The notes under the pieces: model-generated
What the model was told of the DNA's origin: nothing
The model's database searches: none
Seen by the model: only the letters and a program-made list of their open reading frames with translations
From: Paraspadella gotoi
Lineage: Eukaryota; Animalia; Chaetognatha
Assembly (NCBI GenBank): GCA_051294375.1
Contig: CM119264.1
Coordinates: forward strand, 15,216,682-15,280,681
Reading direction: 5' to 3'
Length of the DNA stretch: 64,000 bases
Position numbers and translations under genes: made by a program
Shown here: positions 1-12,190 of the stretch, piece by piece
How the letters are laid out: each line of letters starts with the position of its first letter
Numbering within the stretch: the first letter of the stretch is position 1

Positions 1-264
1 AATGACCCGACCTTATCAATCTAACCTTTCATTTGTTCATAACCAAGGGGGGCCAGCTCATTTTTGAGCTCTTTCTTATTACTTGAAATTTCCCTTTTCC
101 TAATTACTTAGCTATCCCTCACTAACAATAAATATTTCACATTTCTGAACTTCTATTTCATTTCACTAATTTATTATGTAGCTAATTGTTGATATTATTC
201 ATTATTAAAGTTTACCAAATTTTAACATTGTTGTACATTTCATAATGTAATATATTTTCAGGCA

Positions 265-310
<46 letters not shown>

Positions 311-540
311 CAATTTCTTTTCACAAACTATCTCTGTCCTCACCTTCACCTGTCCCTAATAAAAAACTGAACACTATCCTTTCTCTCAAACTCTGTGTTG
401 GAAACTTTGCTCTGTCTCTCTCTCTCTCTCTCTCTCTTTCTTTATGCACAAAATTCTCTTCAAATTCACAAATTGAATTGGCGCTGAAGAAGACTTGCGT
501 GAGTCGAAACATGTCCGTTTCACTATGAAATGAAAATTCG
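1..540 (+). mobile_element. Penelope-like pLTR / non-autonomous hammerhead-bearing element, cut off by the N-gap
   Basis: Similar to the arms of the 55599-56571 palindrome (GAGCTC block, CT microsatellites, CACCTGTCC..ACTATCC..GTTGGAAAC block) and ends in a hammerhead core at 481-518. Confidence 0.65.
481..518 (+). ncRNA. Minimal type-I hammerhead ribozyme
   Basis: GCG-CTGAAGA-A-GACTT(GCGT)GAGTC-GAAA-CATG-TC^CGT: intact core, 5-bp stem II, palindromic ACATGT stem III, 3-bp stem I. Confidence 0.8.
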
Positions 541-565
541 NNNNNNNNNNNNNNNNNNNNNNNNN

Positions 566-1357
566 GTGTACGGAAAATAACTTATTCTCTAATATTTCGA
601 GTAAATTTGCCAGCTTCTCTACTTTCCCGTTGTCTTTGCCTCTTTATACAGACATCCGATAAATGGCCTTCATTGCTGCGATGACACGAACATCTTTAGG
701 CTTTTTCTCTTTTGTTTCTACTTAAGTAACAGATCTCGAAGGCAGTGTACAGCTGATTCTGATGGTGTGCCCGTGATTTAGATTAGATTTCGATTAAGAT
801 CTTATCGAATTCTACCCAGTGGCATCTTCAGATCTCAACGTTGTCACTGGGTTTTTAGTTCTTTTCAAGAGCATTAGAAACTCTCTTATCAGATATCTCG
901 AAGCTTATTCTTTTGTGTGATCGCTGGTTTGGTGGACTTTTTCTATGAGAGAAAGCATTCTCTATTTTTGTATATTATTGGCTTCAGAAACACAGTAAGA
1001 AAGACACTTTAAAATTTATATATATTTGCTGAGTTTGTAATAAATGTTTGTTATTCTTTGCCAGGACTTCTAACAGACAATTGCTACAACTCCAACGACT
1101 CTACAATCAAGCTACGAACCCTTCAACGACTTTACAAGCCTACTCTACAACATTTCGTCAGTCTGGGCTTAGTTGGACAGTCGTCATTTCGCCATTCGCC
1201 GACGTCGTCTACTGAGCACTTGTCTCAGCATCTCCAGGCGTCGGACCCGGCCATCGCTCTCTTCGCGCCATTTAAACCCAATCCATCTGGTTGAATCGCA
1301 GAATAGTCAGCATTAGAATTCAAAGACGCCACTTTCTCCGAACTATATTCAAAAACA
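566..1357 (+). mobile_element. 5' LTR of a BEL/Pao-like LTR retrotransposon
   Basis: Runs TGTA..AAACA. It is the reverse complement of the solo copies at 24192-24980 and 27798-28534, which have TG..CA ends and 5-bp TSDs, and is followed by GC-rich internal sequence. Confidence 0.8.
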
Positions 1358-2815
1358 TAGAATCCTCGTTGCGGGAAACACCTCTCAAGTGCTTCGTCTA
1401 TTAAGCTCATCCCGCGAGTTGGCGACTCCACCGGAAAAGATCCACCTGCCGTCATCTCTAGCGAACTGAGTCGACTTGTCCATCAATCGAAGCCCTTGCC
1501 ACGGCCTCGACGACGAAGGATCCGCGGCAGCCTCGCTGCTGTCATTGCGATTACGCTCCTCGACTACGCGACGCCACGGCGCGCGAATTGGACACGTCGA
1601 CGATTGTTCACCCGGCTCTATCTCGAAACTGCAGTGAGATGGGAAGTCCGGTTTCGACTGGTTTATTCTTCGTCTTGCGTCGCGGCGCCACCTGATCTTC
1701 GCGAAGCCTCCTCGACTTCAACGCCTCTTTAAATCCATCTGGCGCGACGAATAGAACGGGAAGAAAAAGCGCCCACATCAAAAATACGTCGAAGCTCGAG
1801 TCCGAACAGCCTTCAAGGAACTCCCTTCGCTCTTTGTGGATTCGCCCTCTTTGTTAAGACGAATCACTCGCGCTAGTGCCAAAGAGAAACATCGACGACA
1901 TTAAGACGGCCGGGCTGATACCCCTCCAACTAAGCCACCGCAAGATATCCGACAACCTTCTTCACAACGGCGACAACCCTTTTCCCGACATCAAGACCCT
2001 TCAGAATAAACCTCCTTCAGAACCTCAACGTCACGAGGGGTGAGCTCAAGCATTCGTACGACGGCGCCAAAGCCCTCCTGACGGAAAAAACACGGGGGCG
2101 ATCCACGCGGATAGATCATCAACAGGCAACCTTGAAACCATCTCAACGATTTGCAAGAGGTAGAGGATATAGCGTGAGCTTTCGCGAGCTCCTCGAGTCG
2201 TTCTCCAACATCCTGGTACATCTCAGCTTCGATAGCGCGGCCAATCTATTCGATCACGTTTCCTCGGTGAAAGCATAGATCGACAGACGCTCCGTACCCG
2301 GCAGCACGTATGATAACGCAGAGGAAAACGATAACGCCACCTGTCTCAGCCGCAAACCATGCCCGACACGACACCTGCGTCCAAACCCGACCATTACCTC
2401 CCTCCACCGACTCTGAAATACCTTCGAATCGCAACGTCCGCATTTTCCCGTTTGACCGTTCGGCTTTGACGATATCAGCCGCACAGAGAGAAATATCAAC
2501 TTCACCATCCAACTATCGACGACGAAGATTGGGGCTTAGCCCAATGCCAGCCGGCTGGCGCTTGCTCAGTCATCGCAGCACGGCCTTTCGGCACTCCAGG
2601 ACACTCGCCAATTCAATCTGATCGACGAAAACAGAGCCATTCAAACATCCAACTTCGCAACTTGAACATTCAAATGGTTAGCCGATATTGATGAAGCGTC
2701 TCGCGTCGGCCGCGATGGATGCGCAGGATTTTGTCCACGGAATCTTCATGGATGTCGGATTAGATTAGAGAGTTGGTGAACGGCGGAACGACTTGTGCCT
2801 GGCTGCGCCGGCCGT
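1358..2815 (+). pseudogene. Decayed internal region (gag/pol remnants) of the BEL/Pao-like element
   Basis: GC-rich and frameshifted. Near 2065-2120 it reads AKALLTEK.GDPR..I across frameshifts, like the BEL gag DUF1759 motif; near 2670-2760 there is a W..D..LHG-like stretch. Confidence 0.5.
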
Positions 2816-2979
2816 TGTTAAATCTCTCTTCAAACTTTGTTCTAAATAAAAATTTTAAAAAAATTAGTTTAAAAATTTATTATTTTCTAAGAATATTACT
2901 ATAAATATATTGTAAATAATGATGCTGTTCCCCAAAAAATACAAGCAAAATATTTTTTGTACTTTTTAATCATACGATC

Positions 2980-3400
2980 TTACTTCATAATTGTTAACAT
3001 AGAATCAATAATTAGTTAACATTTTTTAAATAATTGGTTATCATCGCATCAATAATTGGTTATCATCGCATTAATAATTGGTTATCATCGCATCAATTAT
3101 TGATTATTATCGCATCAATAATTAGTTATCATTGCATCAATAATCAAATATTATTACAAATCAATTATTATTATTATATCAATCAATTATTATATCAAAG
3201 TATTACATCAATTAATTACTATTACATCAATCAATTACTATTATATCAATCAATTACTATTATATTAATAATTTGTTATCGCATCAATCATTCAGTTTTT
3301 TTCGGATTTTTTTATTAATTTTCTTTGATAGTAACGTCTGGCGAGATCTCTATACTTTTAAGTTTTTTTATATGAGTATATAATGACTGATGCGATGGTC
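2980..3400. repeat. Array of ATCATCGCATCAAT (~21-bp) repeats, hAT-derived subterminal segment
   Basis: The same array occurs at 22860-23025, 29580-29690, 38480-38600 and 62725-62960, where it adjoins a hAT transposase remnant. Confidence 0.6.
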
Positions 3401-3456
3401 TTTTTTTAAATTAATTGAGCTTAAATTTTAAGCTCAGTTAAATTTTTAAATCTCAG

Positions 3457-3618
3457 ACTTTCTCTGATGAGCAAGCGGCCCTGTTAATGGACTTACAACG
3501 ACTGAATCGTATCAGCAATGAACTTGAGGCTGAGATATCGAGGACGCAGAATAAAATCAAGGATGAGACGTCGATGAGGACCCAGAGGGACTTGAGACTA
3601 ACTGAAGCCGACAAAGAG
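3457..3618 (+). CDS. Exon of a coiled-coil protein
   Basis: TCTCAG acceptor and GAG|GT donor bound 54 open codons TFSDEQAALLMDLQRLNRISNELEAEISRTQNKIKDE..., heptad-like. Confidence 0.6.
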
Positions 3619-3800
3619 GTTTGACGATGTTAAGTTAACCCAATTTCATGGAGAGGAAAGGAGAGAAAGAGACAGAGCGCCTAAATACCTCGTTTTGAAT
3701 AATGTATCGTTATACATACCTAAAAAAAAATTTTATAATTTACAGATAGATGTAGGATAGCAACATCGTATGTAGTCTACAATATACGTTTTTTTGTCAG

Positions 3801-4258
3801 CACCATCGTTATGTGGCGAAAATTGAATTACTAGAGTCACGTTTGGCGACTTCGACAGCGACGGACACCGCTTGTGCGGATGAGCTGGACCTACTCCAAG
3901 TGGAAAAGTTGGAGCTGCTGAGATGTATGCAACACCACCGGAATATGTTGTCGGAAAAGGACAAGTTAGGACAAGAGATTCTTCAGCTTAAGGAAAGATG
4001 AAAGCTTAGACAAGCTTTATTTAACCGATCAGAATAAAATCAAAAATAACTTAACAGGAACAGCTAGACCAATGTCTGCGCTCTAAAGATAAACTCGAGA
4101 AAACCATCGAAATAGTGGAATCTGATAAGAACCGAATTCGAGAATTAAAAGATTCCGACGCTGGAGAAGACCAACTGCTGGTGAAGTTGCGGAAGGTCGA
4201 AGACCAATTAGCAAACAAGGATGAACAGTTGATGGAAAAAGAATTGTTGCTACAACAG
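3801..4258 (+). CDS. Exon of the same coiled-coil protein (stop/frameshift near 4000-4055: sequencing error or pseudogene)
   Basis: TTTTGTCAG acceptor, phase 0 with the previous exon; E/K/L/Q-rich translation ...KIELLESRL...QEQLDQCLRSKDKLEK...EKELLLQQ. Confidence 0.5.
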
Positions 4259-4479
4259 GCGGGTTTCGCTTGATATTTTTCTCTATTCGTTCTAACAATA
4301 AAATTCTTAATATTTAGGTATGACCAATACAAAAATTATCCATTCACTCAATAAATAAGCTATTGTGGACGAGCAACTACAACACGCAACCTCGGTCAAA
4401 ACTGAACTTACCAATTTTACCCTCAATGGTTTTCCCTCATTCTTTTTGTGGTCAAACTTTGACCTTGTAAATACCCATT

Positions 4480-6950
4480 GTTATAGACTTTGCATATAAG
4501 TTTTTGACTGTTAATGTTATTAACCTTGTTGAAGAATAAATTCAATTCTTATTCTGAAACTTGTTGCGTCCACACGTGGTGAGTCCGGTGAAAAAAAAAC
4601 AAAAACAAACAAAACAAAAAAAAACACAAAGCATCTCTGAACTCATTTTTTCTTTTTGATGTCCCGTCCTCCAACGCACGCGGACAAAGAAGAAGAGACA
4701 ATGCCAGTAACGACTCGCAATGCATCCCATTCCGACGGCACCGCATCCTCATCTGCCCCAAATCTCGAAAACAAAATCGAAAAACTTTTCGAAATGATTT
4801 ACGAGTTGAACTTCAAATTTGCCTCGATCAGTGAGAGACCAAACTCCCCTTCAGCAGACGCAAGCACAGCTTCAACGGATTTGCCTTCCCCAGCGGAAGA
4901 CAACGGCGCCGGCGACGCCGCCCCCGCAGAGGACGCCACCCGCCCTCGTCCTCCGACGCCCCTGCAAGAAGACAAAATCCAAAACTGACGACCTTTGACC
5001 CCGACCACATCGAGGAGTGGTTGGACCACACCACAGTTGAATTCGGCGCCACCGGCGTCACCAATCCAAAGGAGAAGGCGCACATCCTCTGCGCCATTCC
5101 CATCGCCCGTCACCGCCTGATTCCTCACGCCCTGCGCGAGGACAAAGGTCCCGACGCCCACAACAACCTTGTCGCCCATTTGAAAAAGATGTATGGTGAA
5201 GACCCCAACCGGCGCGCTGCAAAGGCGTTGAAGATGACGTCTTTAAAATGCATCACTACCGCTCAACATTATTCTGCGATCGTCGCCGTCCTCAAAGGCC
5301 TCACCATCGACCACATCAAGGCCACCATCTTGGCTGCCGCCCTTCCTCAGAGCGTGAAAGAACATGCTGTCAGGAAGGACAAGATGCCTGTCGTCATCGC
5401 CAAAGACGGCGATGAGTTCTTCCTCCCGTCCGACCAACTCCGCAGCTCCACTTTTGCCTCAACCTCGGTGAACTCCATCACCTCCATTTAGGTCATCAGT
5501 TGACGCCAACGACGCCGCCATCTGTTACGCGAACGAAATTCGACGACCGCCACCGCGCTCAATGCAGCTCCCCTTTACGCAGCAACGTCAACAGCAGCAA
5601 TCTTGATGCCCCGCTCCCCGCCACACCGCGAACCGCCTATGGGCGAATCTAAGTGTTTCTACCTCTACAATTTCGGCACCAAAGCTTTCAAATGCCACGG
5701 GACTAATCGTGACGACCGAAACGTCAATTCTTTCTAGTGCGTCACCCCGACGCCGACCTGGAGTGCCTCGTCGACAGCGGCTCCTAGGCGACGCTCATCC
5801 CCGCCTCTGCAGCTGACCGCGCCGCCGCTAAAGCGGATCCTGCCGCCGTTGAGGCGTCGCTCGCCAACGCCCCGCCATTCCGCGCCGCCAATGACACGCC
5901 CATCGAAACTTTCGGCAACCGAGAAATGGGGATTCGATTGGGAAAACGCGTTTTCCCTTATCTCGTCATCATTGTCGTCGTCGCCACGCCCATTCTCGGC
6001 GCCGATTTTTTGACGGAACACCATCTCGGCGTTGATCATCAACGTCGTATTCTCCTCGACCAATACATGATCATTTCTGGCCATGCCCACGACGCCGCCT
6101 CCGCCGCAGTGCCGCCCCGCGTTATGCACGTCCGCGTCGCCTACTCTGTGCTTCTTGACGAGCGATCGAAACTCGCGTAACTCGTCTTTAACTCTGCGCC
6201 GCCCAAGCACGGCGTCGGGCACCATATACCGACGAAAAGTCTGCCCGTTTTCACTCGCGCCCGCCCCCGATTCCAGTCACATGAGGAGCACCAGGAGGAT
6301 CTCAAACGCGTCTTCAATGCCCTCGCCAATAACGGCCTCATCGTCAATCGCGCCAAATGCGTCTTCGGCGCCTCCAGCCTCGAGTTTCTCAGCCACAACG
6401 TCGACGAAGATGGCATCCGCCCACTGCCGGCTAAAGTGGAGGCGCTGCGGGCGATGGCAACGCCCACTTCCGTCAAGGAACTTCAACGTTTCCTTTTTTT
6501 TTTCAACTATTATCGCCGCTTAGTTTCTCACGCCGCTCATCATCTTGACCTTCTCCTCGAAGTCCTTCGCGGAAAACCGCGCGCGCTCAAATGGGCGGCG
6601 CCACAAGACGCCGCCTTCAAGGCAAATAAAGACGCCGTCGCCGATGCGACCATGCTGGTCCATCCAATTGACGGTGCTCCTCTCGCCTTCACCGTCCACG
6701 CCTCCGATGTCGCCGTTGGCGTCGTTCTCGAACAGCTCGTCGATGGCCAATGGCAGCCTCTGGGATTCCATTCAGAGCCATTGAAACCGCAAATGTCCAC
6801 CATTTGACAAGGAGCTCCTCGCCGGCCACGCCTCAATCCACCATTTATGTTGAAGGATGCCGTTTCACGCTTTTCGGCGACAACATATCGCTCGTCTCGG
6901 CGCTGCGGAAGAATACCGATCCTCACACCATTTAACACACCTACCAGTTG
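4480..6950 (+). mobile_element. Decayed Ty3/Gypsy LTR retrotransposon (gag, protease, partial RT, RNase H)
   Basis: PBS-like TGGTGAGTCCGG at ~4577 after AATAAA..CACA; protease CLVDSGS..ILGADFL (5765-6010); RT C-half EEHQEDLKRVF..NRAKCVFG..FLSH; RNase H ASDVAVGVVLEQ..PLGFHS..STFDKELLA. Stops and frameshifts throughout. Confidence 0.9.
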
Positions 6951-6959
6951 GCGGGCATC

Positions 6960-7270
6960 GCCTAATTGCTGCAGGGTTAGAGAGGGCATCGGTTGCTAAT
7001 CATCTTTCAAGAGGTCACTACCTGACACATTGAATGGTGGTTGGGGTAGCCCTCCACGTTTTTGACCAGAGAATCGTCGTGAAACAGGATTCGTCCTCCT
7101 TCATGGTTCAAAGAAGGTTCCAGCGACTCAATTATTTAGATTACTTCTTTGATCATGCTTGTAAACCTTGCTATATTTAGAGCTCTTTGTTTCTTATTTT
7201 TGACTGGGGATGAGCATCGTTTCTAAACAACTCATGTTTTATATCAAATTTGGTAGCGTTCGATAGACAA
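6960..7270 (-). pseudogene. Possible C-terminal fragment of a Penelope-like GIY-YIG endonuclease
   Basis: Minus frame reads MIKEVI*IIESLEPSLNHEGG, resembling the IKEAI.I....P.LN.D.G end of PLE endonucleases. Confidence 0.35.
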
Positions 7271-8059
7271 TTGCNNNNNNNNNNNNNNNNNNNNNNNNNA
7301 AACATTATCTTACATGCATAATTTATCATAATCCGACAATCCGTTCGAAAAGTAATCGCCAAAAAGCAATCGCAAAAATCGCTCTTCAAACCGATCAACT
7401 TTCGCTTAAAATCGAGCTCGTTTTGATCCAACAAAGATTAGTACTATGCGAAGTACTAACTTTAGAACCGGCGCACAGTAAGATCCTGGCCTAAAATTTT
7501 CAAGAAAAATCCCATTCAGTTAAAAATATTTTTTTATTATATATTAATTATAAGAATAATTTTTAAAAATTTATTTAAATATTAAAATATTAAAAAATAA
7601 TTTTATATATTTTAAATAAAATAAAATAAAATTATTTTATAATAAATATATATTATTATCAGATTATATAATAATAATAATAATAATAAACAAAATAATT
7701 ATAATTAAAAAATAAAATTAAAAAATAAATATCTTATATTTTATTTATTATTTATATATTATTATTAATATTATTATTATTAAATCAAAATAAAAAAATT
7801 AAAATTTTTTTTGATTTATTATATTTAATATAATTATTATATTTTATTAAAATTAAAATTTTATTTTAATCTTATATTTTTTAATTAATATCATGATAAA
7901 AAAAATTGTCACAGTTAGCAAATAATTCAAGGTATTTATGTAAAATATAATTTTTATATATATACTTTTTAATATTAGTATTACCTTTTTTCGATTGAAT
8001 AAAAAAAGTTTATTTAATACAATATATTATATTTTATATAAATATTTTATATATAATAT

Positions 8060-8700
8060 AAAATTCAGCTCCTTTATTTTATGATGCTAGTGCGGAGTAC
8101 AATAAGTATTCCCCGACTCTAATACTTAAGGGAGTGGTCTTTTCATACAATTGAAACATTCTTTGAAATATTTTCCACTTCATTGATAGGGAAGCCAGGT
8201 ACTCTGGAGTGAATAAACGAAACTGTGAGAGAGTCTTGATTGAAAGCTTGCAGGGACCTGTATGTTCATTATCTTGTAAGAGTGATGGAGGCCTTAAACC
8301 ACCAAGCCTGTCCAAAGTCAGGGGCAAGATAGCTTATTTATTAAATGAATGGATAATTTTTATATTGGTGTACCAATTTTATAAAATTCAGCTCCTTGTA
8401 TTTTGATGCTAGTGCGGAGTATACAATAAGTATTCCCGATCTAATACTTTAAGGGAGTGGTCTTTCATACAATTGAAACATTCTTTGAATATTTTCCACT
8501 TCATTGATAGGGAAGCCAGGTACTCTGGAGTGAATAAACGAGACTGTGAGAGAGTCTTGATTGAAAGCTTGCAGGGACTGCTATGTTATTATCTTGTAAG
8601 AGTGATGGAGGCCTTTAAACCACCAAGCCTGTCCAAAGTCAGGGCAAGATAGCTTATTATTAAATGAATGGATATTTTTTATATTGGTTGTACCAATTTC
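8060..8700. repeat. Two tandem ~322-bp units
   Basis: AAAATTCAGCTCC..GTACCAATTT repeated twice; partial copies at 9270-9470 and 15480-15680; the end is inverted-similar to 4317-4365. Confidence 0.8.
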
Positions 8701-9566
8701 ATAATAAGATAAAAAATTTTAAAAATTATTTTTCTACATTTGGGATCACAAGCAACACTGTGCGACAATTTTTGTTTTTAATGAATTTTTTATTATATGA
8801 GAAAACGCTTTGAATTGGGGAAGCCCGGGGGGCGCCAGTCATACCTGATTTGAATAGTTAAAATCAATACAGTTTCTGGTCAATTGTGTTCAAATTGAAA
8901 AAAATGAAGGCTTGACTATGCAATTTTCACCTAAAAAAACAGTTCATTTGATTGCTTTATCAAGTAATTAAGATTGGCAAGAATTTAATTTTGCTTTTTT
9001 CATCATGTAGAGAGACAAAGGTTTCAGAAACTACTGATATGTATGATTGGTCTTTTTTACCAAGGGCCAGAGGTTTTTTTGGAAATAGGGAAAAAACGGC
9101 CTGACCAATCCATTTAAATTACCATTTTTTGGGCATGATAAAATAGGAATTTTGATCGCGTTCACTCCATTGCTTCCCAAGACGCCAAGCTTCGAAATCT
9201 GCCCATATTGACATAATTTGTTTTGGCCTTGACTATGCAGTTTTGATAGAAGTGAAATATTATACCACTTTATTGATAGGGAAGCCAGGTTCACTGGGAG
9301 TGAATAAATAAGACTGTGAGAGAGTCTTGATTGAAAGCTGCAGAACCTGCTATGTTATTATCTGTAAGTGTGATGGAGGCCTTAAACCACCAAAGCCTGT
9401 CCAAAGTCAGGGACAAGATAGCTTATTTATAAATGAATGGATAATTTTTATATTGGTTGTACCAATTTCATAAAGAATCTGATCGAGCTTCGATTCAAAA
9501 CGATGACGCAGCCCTATTTTGACGTAATTTCCCGTAAATTTAACTAAATTTAATAAAAAAAAAAAG

Positions 9567-9681
9567 GTTGACCGACTAACGTTTCGCGCTGAACGAAAGG
9601 TCTTTGCGGACCGACCCTTAGCGACGACAACGCCAATCCATGAATCGGCTCCAAACGTCCGTCGCGTCGATGACGACAAAG
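9567..9681 (+). CDS. Probable exon (VDRLTFRAERKVFADRP...DDDK)
   Basis: AG acceptor and G|GT phase-1 donor (GTGAGT in the duplicate at ~15897); GC-rich island in AT-rich flanks. Confidence 0.55.
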
Positions 9682-9756
9682 GTGATGTATATATCGTATT
9701 AAATAGTGTATCAAAGAGGCTCGATTTTGATCTTAGTACCTAGGTACCTATCTCAG

Positions 9757-9947
9757 TCTTAACATCTAAACATCTGGCTTACCAATACCAATTGTCCGAT
9801 GTCGCAGATGATGTCGATCGTGGCGGAGTTGTCCATGCGAAAGAGGAAGTACTGCGGCTGCGTCAAACAGCTACAGAACTAGAGTCACACTTCGCCAGTG
9901 TCGAGACCGAGAAGAGTGCGGTGAAGCCCTTGTGTCGAGTTCCAAAG
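9757..9947 (+). CDS. Probable exon, coiled-coil-like (..EEVLRLRQTATELESHFASVETEK..)
   Basis: CTCAG acceptor, phase-compatible with the 9567-9681 exon across a 75-nt intron, open for 63 codons, AAG|GTAAAC donor. Confidence 0.6.
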
Positions 9948-9965
9948 GTAAACGTGGAGTGACGT

Positions 9966-10580
9966 TGCGCATTAAGGCGTAGTAAAATTTCTATATTTAA
10001 CTTTAATTAAATTCTAAAAGTGAGGAACGATCAACATATATACTAATAAACATTTATGTAATAAAAAAATTTATAATAAATTTTACATTTACGCAGTAGG
10101 CCATATTTATACTAGTACTAATCCAATAATGTTAAAATTTTAAAATAGTTTTTTCTAAGATTTTTTTACAGATTTGAATTCGTCATAAAAAGTGATAAAA
10201 AGAAATATAACTCTTTTAGAAAGATTCCTTCATTAAGTGGGTCAAAAAATAGAAAAGCTGTATATTAAGTTGAAAATTAACTTTTATTATATTAAATATA
10301 GTTTTTTAATTTTAACCCACTAATGAAAGAATTTTCAAAATGACTTATATTTTCTTTTATCAACTTTTGATGAGGAATTCAAATATGCAAATCAAATTAA
10401 GAAAAGCCTATTTTGAAATTTTCGATTTTATAAAGATAGTACTATATATAAATATAGCTACTGCGAAAATTGAAGAACATAAAATTATTTTTTTAATAAA
10501 TTAATGTTTACTGATGGTATGTTGTTCATAATTGACATTAAAATTTTTGTGGTGTAACTTTCACTACGCCCTTATGCGCA
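9966..10580. mobile_element. Foldback / MITE-like inverted-repeat element (second copy ~16185-16820)
   Basis: Termini TGCGCATTAAGGCGTAGT..ACTACGCCCTTATGCGCA, with internal inverted symmetry. Confidence 0.65.
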
Positions 10581-12190
10581 TAGCTATTCATTACGTCATA
10601 CCATAAAGGCTAACACGTTCGGGGAACAATCAAGGGACCCATATTATATGGCGCACTTATAAATTTTCTAACATAGACAGTAAATATAAAAAAATTCAGA
10701 AGGGACCAAAACAGTAATGCAGGAAGTCGCTATACCGAAGACGCCAGAGATCTTGCTCTTTAATTTTTATATCAATGGGGTTGGAATGACGTCAATATTT
10801 GTTTTAAGGCCAGGGATCACTCAACCTAAAAATTGTAGAAATCTTAATTTACTGTATCTTAATCATTTTCTCATATCTTGTAAGAGGTTTTCTATTGAAA
10901 AAATAATAGAAAACTTTTAAAAATCTACATAAAATGTTCATAAAATTTAAAAAAATTTTTTTCGGTAAAACTAGATTTTCAAGAATAAAATAATTTTTTA
11001 TATGTAAGCTAAATTTCTACAACTAAATTTTAACTTAAAACTGATTCTTTACAGTAAGCTCAAATTCTACTTCTTATATTTAATTCTTCCTTTGGTACAA
11101 GTACATACTTGGAGTTGTATCACTAATAAGTCTAAAATAAAACTACTACACATTTTCCAGACGGGTTTTTATACTTTATGAGTTTTATGAGTTAAAAAAC
11201 TTATCGAATTTATTTCAATTTGACTTTTTACTTTATGTTAATGTTAATGAGTTTAAAGAGTACAGAATTTAAAATTCTTGACGAAGTGAAGTTAAAAATG
11301 AAGAGTTGCAGCTCAAACGTTGGACTCTCTTGAAGAAAAAAAATATCTTGGGCAAGAAAGGAAAGGGGGGGAGATTCTATGAGCGCGTTTTTTGAAAAAT
11401 GTTTTTCGTTTCAAAGATATCAAGGAATTAATCCCAAAATTGATTAGAATAATCAAATTTTATATGAAGGAAGGCAAATTTTGAAAGTATCTTTTCATAG
11501 AATTGGAGTTCGTAACCTAAGTAATTCATGCCAAATTCATGAGAAACCGCCTTACCGTTTGGGCTGCAACCCTTCAAATAGGTTTCTTTTATTTATATAG
11601 TACCAAAAAAAAACGAAAAAACGATGACGCCTTTTGAAAAAATAGTAAAGTGAAATACATTTTCGGAATCGACAGGAGCTCTCCTTTCGAAATCCGAGCT
11701 CAGTTTAGCCTAATTATAATTTTAATCGGACCTCAGTTATTATAAATCTTAGGAAACCCATCAAAATTTCCACCCGCTTTTTTCAACATTTTTGCCTTTG
11801 GCAGTGTCTACGAAAAGCCTTTTGTAAAGAAATGAACTGAATCTCCTGATTCTTCAAATATGAATAAAAATTTTTTTATACTTTGGAATATATCACAAAG
11901 AGTGCCAAATAATGGGGTAAATAAAGCCATTCCCTTATAAATTTGATACAGCAAAGATAGTTTTTATTTAAGCAAGTTTTAACTTCAAAAATCTTGTTCA
12001 TTTTTGTCCATTTTCAATTTTATCACTAATTTTCGGAATGAGATAGAAAAAGAAAACATTTTTATTACGCTTCTTGGTTCGCCTTCATGTTCTTTCTATT
12101 GGGGTAGAAGCATTTTTATCTCGCCAGACGGGCTTAAAGGATATAGGATCATCTCAGCTTCTTTGTGACTGCCCTTGGAATAACGCTTTT

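Noticed and set aside
4799-6989. Several minus-strand ORFs over the Gypsy element
   Set aside because: They are antisense shadows of GC-rich gag/pol sequence with no motifs of their own.
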